Origin: Selaginella moellendorffii
Lineage: Eukaryota; Plantae; Lycopodiophyta
Direction: 5' to 3'
NCBI RefSeq assembly: GCF_000143415.4
Contig: NW_003314284.1
Coordinates: forward strand, 912,693-976,692
Length of the DNA stretch: 64,000 nucleotides
The position numbers and the translations under genes were made by a program. Of the stretch, positions 1 to 11,132 are shown one piece after another. Position 1 is the first letter of the stretch; the number at the start of each line of letters is the position of its first letter. The notes beneath the pieces are model-generated. The model ran no database searches and was not told the origin of the DNA. It was given only the letters and a program-made list of their open reading frames with translations.

Positions 1-830
1 CAACGCATAAGAAAGAGATGTTTATTATAGTGTCAGCATTGGAACATTGAAGACATTATTTGGGTGGACGTACCAAGGTTTATACAGATAGTAACACACT
101 GAGCTACTTTGCTACACAGTCTAAACTTATGCCGAAGTAGACTCATTAGTAAAAGAAACCCTCTAGATTTGATATTGAAATCATCTATAAACCTAGTAAA
201 GACAATATTGTTTTGGATGCGTTGAGTTGTCACTTGCTTGCTGAAGTCTAAAGTTTATGATACTTTCATAGTGGTTGTAGATTGGTTGTCAAATATTGTA
301 CACTTGTAGAAATAGTGAATGCTAAGCAAGCAGAAAAGCTCTTTTTCCATGAAGTAGTATGAGTTCGTGGTCTTCTCGAAAAGATGATCTCGGATAGGGA
401 TTCAAGACTTACAAGAAGTTTTGAGGCACACTATTCCAGTTGTTCGGTACCAAGTTGAAGTTTAGTATGACTTATCATCCTCAAACTGATGGGCAGACCA
501 AATGTGTGAATACTCAAGTTGAGGATTATCTATGGTACTATATCGCAGCAGACCAATGCAACTAGGTTGAGCATTTGGACACAACAGAAATCTGTTATAA
601 CAACACATTTCATAGCGTTATTGACTGTTCTCCATAGGAGATGTTGCAAGGGAATGCTCATGGGGTGCCTCAACAGATTGTTGTTCTGAAACCAATGTTT
701 AAAGTGTTGGTCCCGACTGTTGAGACTTATGCAGAGTAGCTATGCCAAGGTTGATCTAGAGCTACTGAGGCGATGGGTAAAGCTTAGGATAGGTATCAAC
801 GTGATAAGGATCAACATCATCGGGATGTAT
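1..830 (+). pseudogene. Decayed Ty3/Gypsy pol fragment (RNase H end and integrase core), family C
   Basis: Manual translation gives RNase H-like ...RHYLG.RTKVYTD... and integrase KFSMTYHPQTDGQTKCVN (~457-510), with many stops and frameshifts. Confidence 0.75.
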
Positions 831-1348
831 CCTATCAAATGGAAGGTCAAAGTTTTGGCAGAATAACTTCAGCATTTCGGTGCATAGGTCCAATCCATAA
901 CCATGGGGATAACTATTATAGACTGATCACAAGTCCCTACCTCTCTCTCAATGACTCATTTTTAAAAGGGCGTGGTCGTGTAAACAACTTCATCTGCCGG
1001 TTTATAATAATTGTCTAAATCTTCCCGATAAAGTTGATTTTTTGCTCAGGGGAAGTTGTGCCTCTAGCTCTCTCCCTATGTCCCTATGGATAGGGATGTA
1101 TCATTCCTTTGTAAGCCAAGTGGTACTTGGAGCAGCAAGGGTCGCTAATTTCGTTAATAATTTCCTTGTCGGTGACGGCCAAAGGGTGTCTAAGTCTTAA
1201 CGTCTTTGAATGTAAAGGAAAGGTTATTCCATAATTTATTTAAGTCGATGTGTTCCCCACATAGTGTGCTTTCCGTTAACTTTCGGAATTATTTCCTTGA
1301 CAATTTGTTAGACTCAAGTATGCATCGATGAGGATGTCAATCTTCCCT

Positions 1349-1572
1349 AAGGGGGGAGAGTGTTGCAAATGTGACTTTGGGTATTGAAAGATATTTGTCG
1401 GTTAGTCCTTACAGACACTCTTTTTTTATTGCTACGACAATAGGAGGTCGGTATTATTGGTTCCCTTTATGATCTCCACGCAAGTTAGTTGAGAAACTAG
1501 TCAGCATATGTGCACTTAGACTAAAAGGGCACTAAGGAAAGAAATCCTAAGTTGTTATTAAGTCAAGCATAC
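1349..1572 (+). mobile_element. Family C polypurine tract and start of 3' LTR (TG at 1361). Interrupted by element A1; resumes at 21121 to ~21340
   Basis: AAGGGGGGAGAG immediately followed by TGTTGCAAATG. Reverse-complement homology to 38411-38645, and of 21121-21310 to ~30700-30840. Confidence 0.65.
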
Positions 1573-2830
1573 TGTAAGCGACTAATTTTTCCATTCTACC
1601 TTAGTCACTTAACCGCACCTCCGACCACTTGGAGGAGTCTCATTCACAACCTCCATAAGTCCCATTCAGGACTTAGGGTTTGCTAGCCCCAAGAATGGCA
1701 TCCATGCCACTCAACCTTTGCACTTAGTCCAAGTGCTTCATGTGTCCGATCCCATGACAAACACTCAAGGTACCACCGACCTCTCACTCTGTTACGCTAA
1801 GGCTATGCCCATTTACCTTGGTCACACTGGTGGTCTAACACCACCTACATCGCAATCCCATCTCTCAAGGACTAGGCCATCCGTCCATGAGTGATCATCC
1901 TAGATCCACTCCTTAGCATTTTTAGGATGCCCACAGACATGGGGAATAGCCTTCCTCAATATCTCTTTTCCGATCCCCACCAAGTCCCTTTTTGTCCATG
2001 GTCGTGTTCGCCAACACTGCCACTGGATCAAGGCCCGTAGGCCTGACCTCCAAGTCCCACTGTCCTTCGGGACTTCCCCACCATGTGACCGTATCCTTAG
2101 TCACTCACTAGAGGATTGCTCCTCTTCCTTTTCACAGTCTGGGACTTTGGGACAACATTTCGGAACACCGTGGCCTTACGTGAGCCTTATAGGTATTCTC
2201 CTCGCCTTCCTAGCCATGGGCTTAGAGCGACGTTCCGTTGAGCCACGCCAGGTATCCAAGTAGGTAGTGCCACCCACACTTGGACTGGGAGCATTGGCCA
2301 GTCGATCTTCCGGGGGAACTAGAGACGGCTCTTGAACACTTCACCAAGCTACCCCACTTGTCGGTTTGTGTTCACTCTAGTCTTGGACTTCCCAGTGGGC
2401 AACTCATCACCCAACACTGGGTACAGCCTTCCTGGGCCAAACTGGCCTTTTCTGGCTAAACTGGCCTTTCCTGGCCAAATTGGCTCCACTGCAGTCCTCC
2501 CCCTCACTATACTTTTGGAGCTCACCAAATCCCCTAGGGTCTGGGAGACGAACATCTCGGACTCCGGTTCGGGTCCATCTCGGACTCCATCTCAGTCCAT
2601 CTCGGACTCCGTCTCGGGTCCATCTCGTATCCCTTTTCTAGAGACTCACTTATCTTTCACTTCGTGCTTATTCCTCGAGCACTTCATTGGGAGTTCCACT
2701 CCCACTCTCGACCTTTTCAAGTCGGAGCTTTCAGTCCAAATGTGTTACGCTCATTTGGCTTTCACTTCGGCCACTACCACATGACGCCCTTTCGGCTCCA
2801 CTTTGGGGCCTAAGGATTTTGTGTTTCACA
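1573..2830 (-). repeat. 3' LTR of A1 (part of the internal tandem-repeat block deleted)
   Basis: Near-identical to 19617-21115 apart from a shorter CCATCTCGGACT block; adjacent to the PPT. Confidence 0.9.
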
Positions 2831-3533
2831 ACTCCACCACCCATAGACGAAGTTCGATGTCCTTATCGAATGATAAACTATTTTATAAAGTAATACCAAC
2901 TTGTATTACCCTTTGCATCCTTGGCCCCTCGCTAACATTCATCCATGGTTTAACACCAAAGGCTCACCTTGCCTTACCCATCCTATAAGGAGCATAGTCT
3001 CTCAAACTTAAAGATTCATTCGACCACTTGTGGTGGTTCTCTCCTTTTATTAGTTTAGTTCTCGCTAAACCTGTTAGAGACACCTTCTCTAAAGCTCTAT
3101 TTTGTTAAAGTGGGAATTGTCATTATCCCACTTGTAAAATAAGGTTTCCAAACCTTTATATAGTATATAAATATAACAAAATTCAACTACATTAAGGCAC
3201 ATACAATTTTATTTTAAATAAGGAAATGTCTACTCAATCACTTCTCCTCCCCCTGCCATTGCTTCACCTCTCTCTTCTCCTTGTCATCGTCGTCCAATTT
3301 CTTTTCATCCTTTTAATATTGGCTCAGTTGCTCCGAGTCTAGGTGGAGCCCAAGTCCTCATTCAATCTTTACTTTCCCCTTATTAATAAAACAACTTCGT
3401 AGACTTCCAATAACATGCTGTAACACTTCTAGTATAATGCAAATCCTCTCAAAGAATTGTCTTTTAATATTAATACAATGGCATGGAACCCCATGCCATA
3501 ATAAGTTACATTTTTAAATAAATACATGCTATC

Positions 3534-6500
3534 TCAGACTGTTATTTTTTGCCTCCAACGCCTATACAATAATCTTGGAATTTCATCACTCTCCACACTA
3601 TCAGGATTTAAACCCAATAGTAATGCCATCTCTTCTCTAATACGTCCACGCTCATGTTCAGTGGTCGAAGAACCCATCTGGTTGAGCAGATTATGGAGAT
3701 GCGGATAGTGTTTGGCTAGACAATATACATGCCATAAATGATGACTGGTGTCTGTCCGATCAAATGACTTCTGATATACTGTTCCATCTGCCATTTGGTT
3801 GATTTTTGCAGCCACCTCTTGGATTGGCTGGTTCTCTATCACCATCGCTCCAAGCCGTTTTGCAAGGTCCCCCAGAACATACGGTTTCTTTTCCCTAGTT
3901 TCCATACTGCAAGAGATGGGGTGCACTGCATATGTGTGCGTGTTCGCTGCAATTTTAATCGGCGAGTCATTGATGATGAGGATTTCACTTGACCTAGCAG
4001 TCCGGTTCATCACTACAGCCTCTGGCTTGACGAAGATGGGCTTGCTACCCCTCACATGGACCATAGTCAAGCAATCCTCCTACGTTAGGAGAAAGTCAAA
4101 TGGTAATATTACTCGCGTCTGATCGTGCATCATCTGTAGCAACGTTAATGCATTGTGGCGCATCATGGATGTCCAAACTCCCAATTGCAAATTGAACCCG
4201 GCCCTCTGTTTTAAGTGTCGCATGGTCATTATTAGATCCCGCAGTTTCTCCCGTGTGATTAATGTGAATCTGTCTCTTTTGACCAACTTGCGACCGCAGG
4301 CTTTGGAGGGTGCAGTGACATTCGAGGACGAGCCACGCTCATAAGAGAAAAGGACACCGTTCAGATAAAAAACGATACAGTACCTTCGCCGTGACTCTGA
4401 AATGAAATGCGTCAGCATAAAAAATGGTACAAGTCAATTTTACCATCTACAATATTAGCGAATGGTGCTCCCGATGGTCGTTGAGAGGGTTTTGGTCGAG
4501 GAAACGTGAAGGGCGGAAATACTCTCCTCTGCAATGTGGGGTCAATCGCATCCGATGGCGTGTGGGCACATGCCATTTCAGCTGTAGACTCTGGTACAAC
4601 TGGCTCAACAGTGGCATGGGGTGGTTCCGATGGCGTGTGATCACACGCCATTTCAGCTGGTGCCTCCGTTTGCAAAGTGGACATGACCGAACAGGCAGCA
4701 GGGGCGGTGTAGGGAGGTTCCAACGGCGCGTAGTCAGACGATTGGGCACACGTTGAGTCCGTTGGAAATGAGGATACGACCGGCTCGGCGGCTGGGGCGG
4801 CCTCATGCGGGTCCAATGGCGCCTGGTCACCGTCAGTTGGATACGTGGACAAGATTGACTCAGTGGTATGGGCAGCATCAAGTGGAGCGTGGTCAGCTTG
4901 CTTGGCGTTGATATGGATAGTAGCCTCCACCAGCTCTGATGACCTCTCGCATTTTTGGATCTAGTGACAGGGAAGTGCTGTCACAAAGGGGGCCAGTGGC
5001 GGATGGCCGAGTTGGTTTGCTCGCGGAGGGGATCCCACATGGTTCTTGCTTCAGGGCTAGTCCTTTGAGGAGGTTTGCGGAGGCTTGCAAGTCTTGTGAT
5101 TGTCGCGATGCTGGCAACGGGGGCTCGTATATCATTGAAGGGGGCCAGCGCACTTGTCTAGTGTGGGAGGCAAGGTAGCACGCTCTAGTCTAGAGCTGGA
5201 GGAGGCTCACACCTTGCTTGTTCTACGCCTTGGAGTTTGTTCGCAATGGGCACCGACTTAGTGCTGGAAGTACACTGGGGAGGTAGGCGCTCCAAGACAC
5301 AGCATCACGTCTTGGGGCGTAACAGGTGGCTTCAGCTTGTGCAGTGGAATCACCTTGGAGGCGAGTGACCCATGAGCGACGCCGGGTCATCGTGCTCGAG
5401 TTGGACTGCTTGGCTGCGACGACGTCGAGCTAGATCAACATGGTGTTCGTCCGGCTTGACATCATTGTGACCGAGTGGAGGAGTGGCGAGGCGAAGCAGG
5501 TGGCTTCAAGCTCCGCGGTGGAGTCACCTGGGAGGTGGACGGCCCAAGAGCAGCGCCGGGCGTTCGCGCTCATAGTTTCACTAGTTTCTTCGAGAGTGCG
5601 CTCTCAATGTTGTTTTGATCCCTTTGGGATTGGGGTAATGTACATATATGTTTAGCTGATGACTCTTGCAGGCAAGTAGAGTCCACTGGCGGATCCATAT
5701 GCATGTCCAAATATCTCCCTTCGATTGAGATGGTATCCTCCCTACTGGCTACTAAAAACAAACTCATTAGCACATTGAATCGACTATACTGTATTTACCA
5801 TCAACTGCTATTGAGGAACTAGGACCGATATCACTTGGGCGCACTGTTGATTGTGAAGGATTGGACATACGTTTCGACCCTTGCTTGGCACTATCCTTCC
5901 TCGACATTAAAGGCTAGAGTTTGTATCTTAATTTAACTGAATAATCTCTACTTACCATTTGCTTTGCAACCTACATGGACAATGTTAGAAATGGTAAAAG
6001 GTTAGGAATGGATGTACTATTATTTACCTGATGGTTTGTCTTGTATGACCTTCTTCCGCTGCTCTTTGGCCACCTCAGGCTGGCCATCGTCGTCATCATC
6101 GTCGTCGTCGTTATTGTGATCGTCACCATTGTGAGGACCATCCAAGTCCTCTTCGTCCTTCTCTTCTTCGTCTTCCTCTTCTTCGTCCTCCTCTTCTTTG
6201 TCCTCCTCTTCGTCCTTCTGCTCTTCCTGTTCATTATCTTTCTCTGGCTCCTCATCCCCCTCCTGCATTTCTTCCATAGGCTGCTCAGGCTGGATGGCTT
6301 GTTCTTCCAGGACCATCTTGGGAAAATCATCTGGCCGAGTCTCCATCTCAAAATACAAGACATCCATAGCCTGTTTCAGTGCTTGACCTAGGACCGTATC
6401 CTCACCCGACTGTCTTAACATGGTTTCTGCACGTTCTTGCACCCTTCGAAGACGACGAGATGAGAAAAACGTGGCCTTGACTTGAAAAGCATCCCTCATC

Positions 6501-9500
6501 CATTGTACCTCTCCATTGAGATTGGGGAAGGGGAGTCCACCATAGGAATCTGAGTCAGGAGGTGGTGACTGGCTGCTTTCACTCAGCCCTTGATCTGCAA
6601 TGAATGGCATGAGCACACACGCCATAACCACGAGGCATTACCTATCATCTTTTCGTTGCCCTTCTTCCTTTTCAAATCAAACGCCTCTGATCCCGACGAC
6701 TGTCCAACGTGCTTTCGCTTTTTATGACCACTGTCAGTTTGAGCTTGGCTGGTGCTTGCCTGTTTTGCCTTTGAAGAAGTGTCTCCTGCAAGGAATGGCA
6801 TGAGACCACACGCCATTGCAAATATAATTTGTACCTCCTTTTTTCCTATTGCTTGTCTGTTTGTCCTTCTTCGATGCGCCACCAGTGCGCTTTTCAGTCC
6901 TCGTCTCTGAATATTCACAACGATCTATAATCAAAATGGCATGAGGCCTCACGTGACCTTACCTTGTGCAGGTTGTGAGCTCGGCCCAACATGGGTATCT
7001 TCAATAGTAGCTGTTAACGCCGTTTCAGCATCTGGGGGTGGCCACGCTCCTGCATACAGAGCTTGTGAGATAACATTTAAACTTAAAGTGCGTACTCACC
7101 AGGTTCGCAGAGAAGATACTGTTTTTCTTTGGCAACTGTAATTATATGCTCCATTGAAGTCACCTCTTCAATGGAGTTTGTCACCGCAACACACGGGACA
7201 CCCTTGAGTAGTGCGGCTCGAAAGAATAGTCCACCGCAGTTGTACTCGACAACGCATTTGCCCTTGGAGTCGGAAGCAGGTGACCCACCCGCTATTGCGT
7301 TGAAGACCCAGCTGAGCATTTCCCATGCTGCACCTGGAGCTTTCTTTGGATTCGAAAGCTCCATAGCCGTCTTTAGTTCCTCAGGCACGGGCAAATTGAC
7401 CTCCCTCAGATCAATTCGATCGGCCTTGTCGAACGAAGTTGGGAAGTCACTCCAGTCCCACTCTGTTGCAGGACCAATAACAAGGGCGAGTGTGAAGATG
7501 CGGACATTCGTCGGTATCTTCTTCTTAGCCATTATCCCATGGATCTCCCGCATCTCCATGCCTTTCAACCGAGCCTTCACCTCGTTCAAGGCCTTCCAGA
7601 ACTTGTGATAGGATTCGGAGTCGTAGATCATATAGTGGACTGAGGATTCCACCTCCACAAGTCCCACCATTAAGTCAATGATGGAGCTGACTTCGTCTGC
7701 ATGAGTGATCTCCTCGTTTGTGAAGTCCATCACACAAAAGATGTTCTTGACCTGCTCATCTCTGCGGGAAACAATGCTCCTCCACCTTTGATCCTCATCC
7801 GAATTCACGTATACCCGATAAGGTTCTCGATAGGCCTCTGCTGCGGGGTCGAGCTGTTTCTGAAGCCGGCGGTCGACATCCCTCTTAATGAAATTTGGAT
7901 ACTGATCCAACTTCTCAGCTTTACTTTTCGTGGCATCCCGCAGCAGATCGATGAACTTGGGGGCCCCCTTCACGTACTCGTCGATGTCTTCATTTGACAA
8001 CTCCAGCGCTTCCATCATCTCTTGCGTGGTGTCGATGCTCACCCTCTCCACGGCCACTTGCTCGAAGATCCAATCCTTCAATAGCGCACGAGCTCTCAGA
8101 GTCGTGCACAAGTCCTCGTATGTCACAATATGGCCGGGAGTCATTTTGGTCTTGTTGAAGACTACCTCACCACGTAGAAGAGCATTAGCCACTGTCAGAA
8201 AGTCGTCGTCGTCTAGAGACCACGAGAAACGCAAGGCGTTGAGCTTCAAATCATTGGGCTTCCGGCCGTCCTCCACACCCATTGAGTTTAGCAACTCCCT
8301 GTCATGGTACCTCCTCAGCACATCTACCCATTTGTCAAAAACAACTTTTGTCGCGAGTAGAATGTTATGGATGCTGAGTGTGTCATTGACCCCCAGTGTT
8401 TTCGAGAGAAGACTCGAGAATTCCTGCAATGGAAATGGCGTGAGGCCACATGCTATGCCACATGCAACGAGGCTTACCTCCCAGGCGCTAGTTGCTAGTG
8501 CACGTCCTTGTCCTGGTTTTTGTGGCTTCTTTAGTTGAACCCAGAGCTTCCGTGTTCGTGCCAATGTCTCGTGCAGACCCGATTTGTAGCACATTTCTTG
8601 CTTGACATTCTGTGCGTGGGAGATATATATGATAGATCGGAGGGGCGAGTTGCCTTTTATCAGGCGGACAACTCTTGTCTTGAAGACTTTCTTCACCTCC
8701 TCGCCCACCATAATATCCACAACTATCTCTTGCATCGCCAAGCTAGAATGCTGCCCGGAGACGGCATAGAACTGGATGTTCTGATCGTCCAACACCTTCC
8801 TATTGATCAAGTCTGGAAACCTCGTCTCGCCCTTCATTGTTCGGTAGTAGGGGATCACGTCTGCGATGTCGGGTGTTACTGGACTTGCCAGCATCTTCTG
8901 CTTCAGTTTTTCCACCCACTCATCAGATACTAGCCTGTGGTTGTATTTGCTTTGGATGTCGATACGGCTCACGTCGATTGTATATACTTTGTTGGAATAG
9001 TAACAAGTACTATTATCTGCGACGATTTTTGCTACCTCTTCTTGCTCTTTCTGCTCTTTGCGGCTCTTCTTTTTGGTGGGTGTAGTGTTCGAACCCGAGG
9101 CAATGGCATCACCGAGTAGCTTCTTTTTTGGACCAGGAGAGTCGGACGTCGGCTTGAGCTTGACCACCCTTTTCTACTTCGGGGTAGTTTCCAGATCGAC
9201 CCCCTTCCCCTTCGCTTCGCGAACTGGAGGCACTCTCAACGGCTCAATGTTGGAATATAGTTTTTGAACATCGCTGTAGGTGAGGTCCGTGGATTCCATG
9301 TGATCTTCATAGACCCGCAGCGTCTTTGAAATTGTGGGCCTCTTGGACAACCTCTCCCTAGCTCCCTCTAGGAATTCCTCATAGCCGCTGCCCCCCTCCG
9401 GGAAGCCACTAGGATGTGCAAGGTGGATCTTGAAGGCGGACGCTGTCTCTACCACAAGTGCCAGTCCATATTCTTGCATGGAACTGCATGGAGTGTCTAT

Positions 9501-9677
9501 CACTTGGATGAAGATCCCCATGCATTCTTTTCTCCTACCATCTGTGTTGTACAGCCTCAGATTCTCACCTTCCATCCCGAAAGTCCAACTGGTGAGCTCC
9601 TCCCCCTTCTCTGCATCCACATTGACAGTGGCTGGAAGAAGAACGCAATTCCTCGCCTGTTCAGAAATGCACAACAA
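3534..9677 (-). pseudogene. Cargo gene of transposon copy 1: multi-exon ParB-like / degenerate MTase-like / acidic linker / FCP1-like HAD phosphatase fusion
   Basis: ORFs 9174-9677, 7083-9167, 6020-6631, 4412-4930, 4080-4418 and 3534-4070 join in frame through short GT-AG introns. Lesions: TAG at 9174 and 4080, DLNG->YLNG, one lost splice acceptor, and a 712-bp insertion. Confidence 0.7.
4944..5655. mobile_element. 712-bp GC-rich insertion of unknown type in the copy 1 cargo gene
   Basis: Absent from copy 2, where the ORF reads through at ~50680. Flanked by the 8-bp direct repeat CTGATGAC (4936-4943, 5656-5663). Confidence 0.6.
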
Positions 9678-9811
9678 TTAGAGCTGACAGATGAAAAGCT
9701 AGCAGCTAGAAATAACGTGAGGCCACACGCCATTCACCACTGCATCAGATGTCTTGAGGCTGCATCCTAAGATGGCGTGAGGCTACACGCCATCTGAATG
9801 CTACTGAATTG

Positions 9812-9838
9812 CTAAACCCTAAACCCTAAACCCTAAAC
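9812..9838 (+). repeat. Short plant telomere-type array (telo-box), about (AAACCCT)3
   Basis: CTAAACCCTAAACCCTAAACCCTAAAC. A two-unit version lies at ~56034-56053 in copy 2, in the intergenic region between the divergent genes. Confidence 0.7.
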
Positions 9839-10695
9839 ATGTGGCAAATGCTGCGTGAAGAAAGATGCCCTTTCTGGGCAAATGCTGTAAGAGGCAGATG
9901 CTGAGCAGATGTATCTCAGGCTAGCGAAGGGGACAAACGAAAGCTAGCTATAAACATGACGGGATGCAAATAGATTACTAGGCTGGTCCTGTGAAAATCA
10001 AAAACCATAATTGAAAACATTGAAAATGCAAAAAGAAAGGTTTATAATTATTTTTGAATTTTAAGCAACCAAAGGAATGTAAGTAGGGCATGTGTTTGTA
10101 AGTTTAAAAATGCCTCAACCACTTAAATTCCCAAATAAATAAAGCTGTTTCTATTTTTGGTATAGGTAAACTTTATAGCGTGTGGGCTCATGCAATTTTA
10201 AACCCAAAAATGCACCAAAAAATGCTCGACTAGCATTATTCTTTGAATGGCGTGTGGCCTTATATTGCCATAAATGGACGTACACACACAACATAATTAT
10301 TCCTTTACACGGCGAATAATCTTGGCGCGGATCGCTGACATGGCATGGCAAAGTTTGAATCACTGACATGGCACAGCTGGATCGAGGCAAGGACATGATG
10401 TGACAAAGTTCAACCTCCGACAGCAAAGTCTAGAAGCTACTCAGTTTGAAATTTGTCAGAGGAATCATAAGATCTAGTTTGTTAGAGGATTTGATGTGAC
10501 GTTCAAGCGTGTGTTATTTTTGAATTCTCGAACTCATTCCTAGGTCTATCATTTTTGTGCGCCGTGTTCTTGGTTCCACTGAGCGCAGTGAGCGCTGCTT
10601 GTGTAAGCGGCGTTGTGAGCTGTGGTTTATGCGTCTACGAGCGGTTGCGGCATGCGAGCGCCATTGCGAGCGGCAGTTTATGCGAGTGGTAGTTT

Positions 10696-10770
10696 GTGCG
10701 AGCGGCGCTACGAGCAGTTGCGGTGTTGCGAGCGGCGCTACGAGTAGTTGTGGTGTTGCGAGCGGCACTG
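10696..10770 (+). repeat. 30-bp tandem repeat (TGCGAGCGGCGCTACGAGCAGTTGCGGTGT) upstream of the transposase
   Basis: About 2.5 units. Also present in copy 2 at ~56912-56985. Confidence 0.7.
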
Positions 10771-11132
10771 TCTTTGGTGTGGCTACCGCTTCCTCTTGAT
10801 ATTCGGCACTTGTGCTTCCTGGTATGTTCACCATGAAATGGCTTAGGACCACATTTAGAAATGGCATGAGGCCACATGCCATCTTGGGCCCTTGCAATTT
10901 CATGGCTAGCGTATTGTCATATATGTTTTTACTTACCTGTAGCTGTGTGTATATCAAGATGGCATGAGGCCTCATGCCAATTTTGTGAATGCGAAATTTC
11001 ACGTGGGTGTCAATAGCATGTTTGAATAATGGCATGTGGCCTCATGCTATTGAGGTTGTTTGGTATGTTATGATTTAGGCCATTCTCCAATCATTTTTTG
11101 TATGGTTTTAACTTCTTTTCTGCACTTTCAGA

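Noticed and set aside
1694-1710. ATGGCATCCATGCCA in family A LTRs as another copy of the 22-bp palindrome
   Set aside because: The arms are similar but the 6-bp spacer is missing, and it occurs once per LTR. I treat it as coincidental.
9812-9838. True or interstitial telomere
   Set aside because: There are only 2-3 units, carried at the same position inside both transposon copies.
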